From Gammaproteobacteria bacterium (GTDB taxonomy: Bacteria; Pseudomonadota; Gammaproteobacteria; UBA9214), in NCBI GenBank assembly GCA_041552135.1, contig JBFELL010000002.1, positions 1 through 47,456 of the forward strand: a stretch of 47,456 nucleotides of DNA, given 5' to 3'. Each line of letters opens with the position of its first letter. Position 1 is the first letter of the stretch. Below, in pieces: positions 20,294-27,953 of the stretch. The position numbers were made by a program, and so were the translations under genes. Under the pieces are notes generated by a model. That model searched no databases and was not told where the DNA came from. It was given only the letters and a program-made list of their open reading frames with translations.

Positions 20294-20685
20294 GCGCACA
20301 ACAACCTGTCCGTGTCAGCGATGTCATGACGCCCCGTTACCAGACGGTAGATGGCATGATGACGGTTGCCGAGGCCATCGAAAAGCTCAAGGCGAACAAT
20401 GCCATCGCCCTGATAGTCGACAAGCGCCACGACAACGACGAATACGGCATTGTCCTCATCAGGGATATCGCACGCGAGGTGCTGGCCAGGGACCGCGCAC
20501 CGGAGCGCGTGAACGTGTATGAGATCATGTCCAAGCCGGTCGTCAGCGTGGGCCCGGAAATGGATATACGCTATTGCGCCAGGCTGTTCAGCAAACTGGG
20601 CTTCTCTCATGCGCCGGTCATCCATGCCGGCAAGCTGCGGGGTATGGTCAGCTATTCTGACCTGGTCCTGAAGGGCCTGTGCTGA
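20290..20685 (+). CDS. CBS-pair domain protein
   Basis: 131 aa with two CBS motifs (VSDVMTPRYQTV...GIVLIRDI and VYEIMSKPVVSV...GMVSYSDL). The start overlaps the PII-like stop (ATGA). Confidence 0.85.
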   Translation: MSAQQPVRVSDVMTPRYQTVDGMMTVAEAIEKLKANNAIALIVDKRHDNDEYGIVLIRDIAREVLARDRAPERVNVYEIMSKPVVSVGPEMDIRYCARLFSKLGFSHAPVIHAGKLRGMVSYSDLVLKGLC

Positions 20686-21102
20686 GTGCATGTCAGCCCT
20701 GTCCAGCAGATCGCAGTGCTGCCGGACCGGGACCGACAGCACCACGCGACCCGTGCCGGATATTCAAACCCGAATCATGGCCTTGCCCCAGCAGCCGCCA
20801 GTGCCCGCCTCGCAGTCTGGTCGCTTACCCTGTAACCGCCCGGACGCATATGTCCCAGGTCCAGGCGGGCGCGCCGGCAATCACTGTTGCACCACTCCGG
20901 GCAACGCCCTTCCCGCACTGACCCCGTTGAATCTGCCGGCAGCGCGGGCAGGCATCGGCCGGCACCACAAATGTTTTTTATACTTATTTTCAGTTAATTG
21001 GATGAATATCACGACTCAGAAAATCACCGGCAGGCTACCTTGGCGCAGGGCCGCGAGATAAATTAGTATTTACTAATACTGCAGCGCATTGTAGGATGCG
21101 CT

Positions 21103-21137
21103 ATTATCTGAGAATTATTCTTAATTGAGAATCATTG
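21103..21137 (+). promoter_or_regulatory. putative Fur-box region upstream of feoA
   Basis: An array of GATAAT-like hexamers is present (ATTATC-t-GAGAAT-TATTCT-TAATT-GAGAAT-CATTGC). It includes a direct repeat TGAGAAT(T/C)ATT at 21109 and 21126. TGAGAATCATT matches the core of the Fur consensus TGATAATCATT at 10/11. It abuts the feoA ATG at 21140. Confidence 0.45.
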
Positions 21138-21139
21138 CC

Positions 21140-21382
21140 ATGTCGCGAGCTGCCCCCATTCTTCCCCTGAGCGAAGCCGCGATTGGCAAGCGGTTTCGCC
21201 TGGTGAAGATCAATGGCGGCCACCGTCTGACGCGACGGCTACTGGCGCTGGGCCTCAGTCTCGGCACCGAGTTCGAAGTGGTGCAGCGCCGCGGGCGCGG
21301 TGTGGTGGTGGCGCGCGACGGCAACCGGGTCGCGCTCGGTGAAGGCGTGGCGCAAAAGCTGCTGGGCGAGGCACTCGGCTGA
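21140..21382 (+). CDS. feoA: ferrous iron transport protein A
   Basis: 80 aa counted from the ATG at 21140; the track start at 21125 is a TTG inside the operator region. It has the SH3-like FeoA pattern (GKRFRLVKINGG...LLALGLSLGTEFEVV). TGATG overlap with feoB. Confidence 0.85.
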   Translation: MSRAAPILPLSEAAIGKRFRLVKINGGHRLTRRLLALGLSLGTEFEVVQRRGRGVVVARDGNRVALGEGVAQKLLGEALG

Positions 21383-23724
21383 TGCCCTGTCACGACACCA
21401 CCGGGAGCCCCGGTCATGACACTGGCCGCACGGCAATCACCATTGCCATCGCCGGCAATCCCAACTGTGGCAAGTCGGCACTGTTCAATGCGCTGACCGG
21501 GATACGCCAGAAGACCGGTAACTGGCCTGGCGTTACCGTTGACCGCAAGGAAGGCCGCTGCAGGATCGACGGCCGCGACGTCAGTGTCATCGACCTGCCG
21601 GGTATCTATTCGTTTGACGCAAGCTCACTCGACGAGCAGGTGACGCGCGACTACCTGCTCTCGCATGATGCCGACCTGGTCGTGAATGTGGTCGACGCCA
21701 CCAACCTCGAACGCAATCTCTATTTCACCGTTCAGTTGCTGGAGATGGGCGTGCCCCTGGTGCTGGCGCTGAACATGACAGACGTGGCACGCAAGCGCGG
21801 TATTCACATCGACGGCGCGGCGCTGGCCGAAAAACTCGGCTGCCCGGTGGTACCCATCGTGGCGACCAGTGGCGAGGGCCTGAGTGAGCTGCAGGCACGC
21901 ATGCTGGCAGTCGCCGACCGGACCGACACCGGTGGCTTCCCGCTCGCGCTGGACGACTCCATCGAACAGGCGCTGCTTCAGATTGAAGCGCTGATGCAGT
22001 TCGATGATCCGGTCAACCGGCGCTGGCTTGCACTGAAACTGCTCGAGGAGGATACCGATGTCGAACAGCCAGGGGAACTGGCCACCCTGCTGGCCGACCT
22101 GCGTCATCGCATTGCCGACCGGCATGGGCAGGAGACCGACCTCGTCATTGCCGACAGCCGTTACAGTCACGCGCACGCCCTTGCGCAGGCCGTGGTTGAG
22201 CACACCGCGGGCACCACCCGCACCCTGAGCGACAGCCTCGACCGGATCGTCCTCGGTCGCATGACCGGCATCCCGCTGTTCCTCGCCGTGATGTACCTGA
22301 TGTTCCTGTTCACCATCAATGTCGGCGGTGCCTTTATCGACTTTTTCGACGGCGTGGCCGGGGCCTTCTTTGTCGACGGTCTTGGCGAACTGATGTCGGC
22401 CGCCGGCAGCCCGGACTGGCTGCGCGTACTGGTCGCCGACGGTGCCGGCGCCGGCCTGCAGGTGGTGGCGACCTTTATTCCGATCATCGCCGCGCTGTAC
22501 CTGTTCCTTTCCGTACTGGAAGACTCCGGCTACATGGCACGCGCGGCCTTCGTCATGGACCGTTTCATGCGCGCCATCGGCCTGCCAGGCAAGGCCTTCG
22601 TACCGCTTATCGTCGGCTTTGGCTGCAACGTGCCGGCCATCATGGCAACACGCACACTCGAGAACGAGCGCGAACGCAAGCTGACCATACTGATGAATCC
22701 CTTCATGTCGTGCGGCGCACGTCTGCCCGTGTATGCGCTGTTCGCCGCGGCCTTCTTTCCGCAGTCGGGCCAGAACGTGGTGTTCGCGCTGTACCTTATC
22801 GGTATCGGCGTCGCCATCCTTACCGGCCTGCTGATGAAGCAATCCCTGCTGCCCGGCAGCAGCAGCGGCTTCATGATGGAACTGCCACCGTATCACCTGC
22901 CGACACTCAAGGGGGTGCTGCTGCGTGCATGGGACCGGGTACGTCTGTTCGTCAAGGAGGCCGGTCAGGTGATCGTGGTCATGGTGCTGGCGCTGAACGT
23001 ACTCAACTCGATTGGCACCGACGGCACGTTTGGTAACGAGAACACCGAGCATTCACTGCTCAGCGAGACCGCACGCATACTCACCCCGGCATTTACACCA
23101 CTGGGCGTCCAGGAGGACAACTGGCCGGCGGTGGTCGGCATATTCTCGGGCATCCTTGCAAAGGAAGTCGTTGTCGGCACGCTGGACAGCCTCTACACCC
23201 GCGTCGCCGCTCTGGAGTCCGGTCTGCTGGAGCAACCACCGTTCGATCTCTGGCAAAGCCTGAGCGAGGCAGCCGCCACCGTCCCGCGGAACCTGGCCGA
23301 ATTGTCGGACACCCTGCTCGACCCCCTTGGTATCAGCCTTGTCAGCGAGCAGGACGCGGCGGCCCATGATGTGAACCAGGCTGTATTCGGTGCGATGCAG
23401 GCGCGTTTTGACGGCCAGGTGGGCGCCTTCGCCTACCTGCTGTTCGTGCTGCTGTACTTCCCCTGCGTGGCAACCATCGGTGCCATCCGGCGCGAGACCG
23501 GCACCGGCTGGGCGGTATTTGTCGCCGCCTGGACTACCGGCATCGCCTACCTGACGGCAACCGTCTACTACCAGGCCGCAACCTGGAGCCTGCACCCGAC
23601 GAGCTCGCTTGGCTGGATTGGCACACTGCTGCTGGTCTTTGCCGGCATCGTGATTGGCCTGCGCCTCTGGGCGCGCCGCGGGCGCCGCCGGCGTATCGGC
23701 TCAATCGACTGGGCGGAGCAATGA
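21382..23724 (+). CDS. feoB: ferrous iron transporter FeoB
   Basis: 780 aa. An N-terminal G-domain (GNPNCGKSALFNALTG, DLPG, NMTD) is followed by a polytopic membrane domain. Confidence 0.95.
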   Translation: MPCHDTTGSPGHDTGRTAITIAIAGNPNCGKSALFNALTGIRQKTGNWPGVTVDRKEGRCRIDGRDVSVIDLPGIYSFDASSLDEQVTRDYLLSHDADLVVNVVDATNLERNLYFTVQLLEMGVPLVLALNMTDVARKRGIHIDGAALAEKLGCPVVPIVATSGEGLSELQARMLAVADRTDTGGFPLALDDSIEQALLQIEALMQFDDPVNRRWLALKLLEEDTDVEQPGELATLLADLRHRIADRHGQETDLVIADSRYSHAHALAQAVVEHTAGTTRTLSDSLDRIVLGRMTGIPLFLAVMYLMFLFTINVGGAFIDFFDGVAGAFFVDGLGELMSAAGSPDWLRVLVADGAGAGLQVVATFIPIIAALYLFLSVLEDSGYMARAAFVMDRFMRAIGLPGKAFVPLIVGFGCNVPAIMATRTLENERERKLTILMNPFMSCGARLPVYALFAAAFFPQSGQNVVFALYLIGIGVAILTGLLMKQSLLPGSSSGFMMELPPYHLPTLKGVLLRAWDRVRLFVKEAGQVIVVMVLALNVLNSIGTDGTFGNENTEHSLLSETARILTPAFTPLGVQEDNWPAVVGIFSGILAKEVVVGTLDSLYTRVAALESGLLEQPPFDLWQSLSEAAATVPRNLAELSDTLLDPLGISLVSEQDAAAHDVNQAVFGAMQARFDGQVGAFAYLLFVLLYFPCVATIGAIRRETGTGWAVFVAAWTTGIAYLTATVYYQAATWSLHPTSSLGWIGTLLLVFAGIVIGLRLWARRGRRRRIGSIDWAEQ

Positions 23725-23993
23725 TCCTCGCCGACATCCTCGAGTTCCTGCAGCAGCGTGACGCGGCCAGTCTCGGCGATATTGCGCGGCATGTCGGCGC
23801 GGAACCTGCCGCCGTGCGCGACATGCTTCACACCCTGCAGCGCAAGGGCAAGGTGCATCGTCCGGCGCTGGGCGGCGGCTGCGGCAGCACCTGCCAGCAG
23901 TGCGCGGCAGGCAGCGTCGAGCTCTATGCCTGGGGCCCGCAGAAGGCATTGACGCCGCTAGCGCCACAGTGCGCTGCGCCCGCAGATCCCTGA
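23721..23993 (+). CDS. feoC: FeoC-like winged-helix protein with a Cys cluster
   Basis: 90 aa with an ATGA overlap on the feoB stop. The N-terminus ILADILEFLQQRDAASLGDIARHVG is FeoC-like. A Cys-rich loop (GGGCGSTCQQCAAGS) follows. Confidence 0.7.
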   Translation: MILADILEFLQQRDAASLGDIARHVGAEPAAVRDMLHTLQRKGKVHRPALGGGCGSTCQQCAAGSVELYAWGPQKALTPLAPQCAAPADP

Positions 23994-24121
23994 CCCCTCC
24001 GTCCGGTCCCCGTTCACGGCCGCCATAACCCGTGATTGACGGGCCGTGCGATGCACACCATGCTGCAGCTGGCAACTCCGGATACCTGAACCCGGGTGAC
24101 GCCACCGACTGGAGACACATC

Positions 24122-24799
24122 ATGCAGATTCTGCATCGCGATAATTTACCCCTGGGTGGTTTCGCAGGTCTGCGCGAGCACCGCCTGGTGATGGGCTCGA
24201 AGGTCTTCGCCAGGCACCGGGACCCTGGGGCCTGGGATGGTATCGGTAATTTCGTCTATCTCGCGGACGCCAGGTTCCTGCCTGGAGGTGAAACACAGCT
24301 GCACAGCCACCGGGAGATCGATGTGATCTCCGTGATGGTGGAAGGCCGGATCGCACACGAGGGATCGCTCGAACACGGCAAGGAGATGCGCGGCACGGAC
24401 GTCCAGGTGCAACGCGCCGGTGGTGAAGGGTTTTCCCACAACGAGATCAATCCGGATGACACGGAAAACCGGATGATTCAGCTGTGGGTACTGCCTGAAC
24501 GACCGGGCGAACCCGCCGGCTATCTGTTCTATCAGCCAGGGCCCGGTGGCCTGACCCGCGTCTACGGTGGGGCGATCGGCCAGAAGGAGACCTTCCACAG
24601 CCACACCCTGGTTGATATCGGGCTACTCGAGACCGGGCAGACTGCCTCGGTCCGCGGATCGTATCTTGCCTACCTTACCCGTGGCGCCGGCCTGGTTAAC
24701 GGCACGCCCGTCAAGGACGGCGACCTGGTCCGGGGCAAAGACCTGGCTTTCTCTGCAACGGAAAATAGCCGACTCATCATTGTGCACCTGGCGCCGTAG
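24122..24799 (+). CDS. pirin family (bicupin) protein, YhhW-like
   Basis: 225 aa counted from the ATG at 24122. Cupin metal-site pattern HSHREIDVISVMVEGRIAHEGS...VQRAGGEGFSHNEIN...IQLWVLP, as in the pirin/quercetinase-like family. Confidence 0.7.
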   Translation: MQILHRDNLPLGGFAGLREHRLVMGSKVFARHRDPGAWDGIGNFVYLADARFLPGGETQLHSHREIDVISVMVEGRIAHEGSLEHGKEMRGTDVQVQRAGGEGFSHNEINPDDTENRMIQLWVLPERPGEPAGYLFYQPGPGGLTRVYGGAIGQKETFHSHTLVDIGLLETGQTASVRGSYLAYLTRGAGLVNGTPVKDGDLVRGKDLAFSATENSRLIIVHLAP

Positions 24800-24918
24800 A
24801 TCCGGGCAGATTTACTGTCAGGACCGACGAGCGGTCATAAAAGCCGGGAAACCGCGATCACCAGCCAGCGACTACCAGAATGGATGCCGGATCCGCTGCC
24901 GGGAAAAGGCCGTTCAGG

Positions 24919-25377
24919 CTACCTTTCCCCGCCCGCCTGTTTCCTCGCCCGCTCCACCTCGGCTTCTGCCTCACGTACCCGCTCATGGTATTCAGGTTTG
25001 AGGCGACTGCCTCCACCGGCAGTACCAATGCGGTCACCTTCGCGAACCTGACTGGCATCTTCAAGGCCCTTCTCGGCATCCTGTAGTGTCTGCCTGGCGG
25101 TCTCTTTCCGAGCTGCCCTGGCGGGCGCCCGGGACGCCCCGGCCTGACTGGCCTCTTTCTGCAATTCCGCCGCCCTTCGCCGGGCATCCTGCTGGCGTTC
25201 TGCCGACGGGCCTGGCGCATCGATAGTGACCTGCTCTTGCTGTGCCGCGCCGCTAACCGGGTGATCGGAAAATGTCACATTGCCCTGTTCATCAACAGAG
25301 CGGTAAGCGGTCTCTGCAGACACCTGAATGGCGGCTACTGCGATAATGATGATGAACAGCGACTTTACCTGATTCAT
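24919..25377 (-). CDS. DUF4124 domain-containing secreted protein
   Basis: A signal peptide is followed by the DUF4124-like motif YRSVDEQGNVTFSDHP and a charged Ala/Arg/Glu-rich tail. Confidence 0.7.
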   Translation of the reverse strand: MNQVKSLFIIIIAVAAIQVSAETAYRSVDEQGNVTFSDHPVSGAAQQEQVTIDAPGPSAERQQDARRRAAELQKEASQAGASRAPARAARKETARQTLQDAEKGLEDASQVREGDRIGTAGGGSRLKPEYHERVREAEAEVERARKQAGGER

Positions 25378-26140
25378 TGACTACCCCCTTCAGCATCGGC
25401 CCTGATCAACGCCAGCCGCATCAGAGTGCCGGCATTGTCAGCATTGTGCTGGAAAAACTGCCCTGAAATCCTGAACTGGCATACCCCTCTGTAATGAACG
25501 ACCTGTAAACCCGATAGTTGCATAAATCCTGCCCTGAAAGCGGGTTTCGCCCCATGATTTAGCAGGTAGAAATGAATATTTCATTATGCCTTCGGAGTTC
25601 ACCGTCAGCGAGGTCCTGGCACAGCACGGCAGGAGCGCCGCCCCCGGCGCGAATCGCGGCGAGGCGCCGCTCCTGCGGTAAGCTCTTTTTGCAATGATTG
25701 GGTAAATAATGACGCCAGTGAGTGCAGGCCAAATCCGGCAGGCAAATGAAAATCAGTCGCGCATTGCACGTTCACGAGCAGTTCATTCCGGTTGTCAAGG
25801 CTGTTTAACAGTATCGTCGAAAAGCGGGCATCCCACAATTGCACAATGAAGTCCGCTGATGCGCAAGATCTGAATGACGTCTGGCGACCAGATCCGCCAG
25901 TGGCAAGGCATCACATGGGCCCGTGGTCGGATAAGCTATCCGGCCTGGCGCACTCCGGTGGCTTGGCGGGCCTGACAAAATGCCCGGCATCCAGCTGTTT
26001 TTAGAACGGTTTCAATGTCATATACAGCCCTGCATCCAGCACCACATTACGTGTTGGGATCTGCCGCGGTGTCACGTATTATCGCCACAGCCTGCACGCA
26101 GGCGATTCCATACTGTGCACCCGACGGACCGGATCAATAC

Positions 26141-26638
26141 ATGAAGACACCGGAACTGGAACTCCCAGGGCATATTTATGACGAGACCGCAGCCGCGGAT
26201 GGCACCGCGACCCGGGTTACCTACTCGGCCGACAGACTGGTCGCCTGGTCAGAGCAGGAAAGGGGGGATGCGATAGAGAAATGGTGCAAACAGATTTGCG
26301 ACAGGAGGCTGGAGCGCATCGATGCATGGGAAGATAACCGGATCCTGCAACTGGAAGATGACTGGCTGTCTGTCGAGCAGGACACAGAAGAAGAGGAAGG
26401 TGACGAAAATGAGGGTCGCTACCATCTGGCATGTGAGGCCGTTGTCAGGGAAGCGGCCGGTAAACGTGACAGCGCCAGGAAACAGATGGTTGAAAACTCG
26501 GCCGCTATCGAGAAACTGGTAAAGGAAGCCAGGGATCACATCGAAGCGCACAGGCCACCCCCGCAAGAGGCGCATTTCGTCGGCTATTTCCTTGCCATCG
26601 CTGCCGTCGCCGCGGTGGCCTACGTGGTAGTGACCTGA
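26141..26638 (+). CDS. hypothetical acidic protein with a C-terminal membrane anchor
   Basis: 165 aa counted from the ATG at 26141. It has an acidic run (EQDTEEEEGDENEG) and a single C-terminal hydrophobic segment (FVGYFLAIAAVAAVAYVVVT). No family recognised. AGG/AGA Arg codons are frequent, unlike the flanking core genes. Confidence 0.4.
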   Translation: MKTPELELPGHIYDETAAADGTATRVTYSADRLVAWSEQERGDAIEKWCKQICDRRLERIDAWEDNRILQLEDDWLSVEQDTEEEEGDENEGRYHLACEAVVREAAGKRDSARKQMVENSAAIEKLVKEARDHIEAHRPPPQEAHFVGYFLAIAAVAAVAYVVVT

Positions 26639-26825
26639 TATAAAGCCGAAGGCCCGATACCCCGCATACTCCCTGACAGGGTGCTCTTTCCCGTGCAGAA
26701 ACAATACGGGGATTTACCCCGGTAACATCTCACCAATACGGGAAACCCGCTGTTCGATGCCTTCTCGTACCCGACTGTTCACGAGGACGAAAAACAGCGG
26801 CAACACGCGGGTAGGCTTGTTGCGT

Positions 26826-27254
26826 TTATTGACATTTCCTGTTGTTTGGATGTGAATCGCAGAAGCTGCCACCCCCACCGGGACGGCCCCCGTCGTCTCC
26901 GCCGCAGGAGAGTCTACCCTCAATCGTACCAATCAGCGCAGTGCTATTAGCGACCAGAAAAGCCGTTACACTCGTGCGGCTACCAACCGGCATGCAATTA
27001 CCCTGGACGAGGGCCACATGAACCATGTCACAAACACCAGGCCATCCTTGGGTGTCAAATTTGTCGCTACGGGCAGCAGTTACCCACTGCTGCCACTGCC
27101 GCGGTGTGGCGCCATGTTCGCTGCCTGTCTTTTGCGGTGAGCCGAATCGCCCGCTCGGGGCCTTGTGCAATGCCGCAACATCCATCGGGCCAGTGTAGTG
27201 CCCGGTGAAGACGATCTCGCCGACCCGGCCGGACATGGTCGCGGACTCGAGCAT
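26826..27254 (-). CDS. orphan ORF, possibly a gene remnant
   Basis: The frame is open from 27386 but has no ATG/GTG/TTG before 27254. The first half uses GC3-rich host-like codons and the second half uses lower-GC3 codons. No family recognised. Confidence 0.25.
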   Translation of the reverse strand: MLESATMSGRVGEIVFTGHYTGPMDVAALHKAPSGRFGSPQKTGSEHGATPRQWQQWVTAARSDKFDTQGWPGVCDMVHVALVQGNCMPVGSRTSVTAFLVANSTALIGTIEGRLSCGGDDGGRPGGGGSFCDSHPNNRKCQ

Positions 27255-27519
27255 GCCGCCATCGCGGCGTTGCTTTTCTGTGTATTGCGCAAGCTGTTTG
27301 CCGGTCGTCGTGAACTGCGTGAGCAGATCGCCGGGATAACAGGGTTTGCGCCCGGTGTCCCGGGGCCCTGCCTTGTCAAAGCGGAGTTATTAGCCAGGCC
27401 TGCTTTTTTGCGTTGCGATTGATCTACAAAGAAATTTCACAATGCGCTATCCTAAACATGTTCTCCTATCGAGCGTGTTTATTGCAGTGAACCTTCGCAA
27501 CATCAAGAGGGCAAAACTA

Positions 27520-27846
27520 ATGAGACTAGCAACGAAAATACTGACTTTGGCTGTCATTACAGGTACCACGGCCCTGATCTCGACCAGTGCCAGCGCCTGG
27601 TGGAGCAGTGACAACGATGATTATTGGGGCGGGGGCCCCTGGGGCTATCCGGGCTACGGCGGCTGGGGCGGCTATCCGGGCTACGGCGGCTGGGGCGGCT
27701 ATCCGGGCTACGGCGGCTGGGGCGGCTATCCGGGCTACGGCGGCTGGGGCGGCTATCCGGGCTACGGCGGCTGGCAGCAGTCCCCCCGGGTTATCTACAC
27801 TCAGCCCCCGGAATCCGGATCATCCCAGCAATACCGTATCGAGTAA
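27520..27846 (+). CDS. secreted Gly/Tyr/Trp-rich repeat protein, (GYPGYGGWG)x~5; sulfur globule protein (Sgp)-like
   Basis: The ATG at 27520 has AAGAGG 9 nt upstream. The Sec signal peptide ends in ASA|WW. The mature part is about 82 aa, Cys-free and dominated by G, Y, W and P, with about five tandem nonapeptide repeats. Confidence 0.7.
   Translation: MRLATKILTLAVITGTTALISTSASAWWSSDNDDYWGGGPWGYPGYGGWGGYPGYGGWGGYPGYGGWGGYPGYGGWGGYPGYGGWQQSPRVIYTQPPESGSSQQYRIE
27643..27774 (+). repeat. perfect 27-bp tandem repeat, about 4.9 copies (in-frame, coding)
   Basis: GGCTATCCGGGCTACGGCGGCTGGGGC repeats head-to-tail at 27643, 27670, 27697 and 27724. A 24-nt partial copy starts at 27751. I saw no mismatches. 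Confidence 0.95.
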
Positions 27847-27953
27847 CAGCCGAACGCCCGGAAGTCCGGCAATCCAAAGAAGGAATTTGCCAAAGGCTCG
27901 CTTTTTGGCCAGTTCTTTCTTGCCCGGCTCAAGCCTGACGGCTCACCCGGAAA

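Noticed and set aside
25605-25844. 79-aa minus-strand ORF, the overlapping plus-strand ORF 25792-26004, and the N-terminal extension 26015-26140 of the 207-aa ORF.
   Set aside because: None has an SD or recognisable motifs, the ORFs overlap each other, and the region is compositionally atypical. I treat it as non-coding until there is expression evidence.
27643-27774. Regular 27-bp repeats considered as a possible CRISPR array.
   Set aside because: The repeats are directly adjacent with no spacers. They lie in-frame inside a signal-peptide ORF and encode GYPGYGGWG units. No cas genes are nearby.
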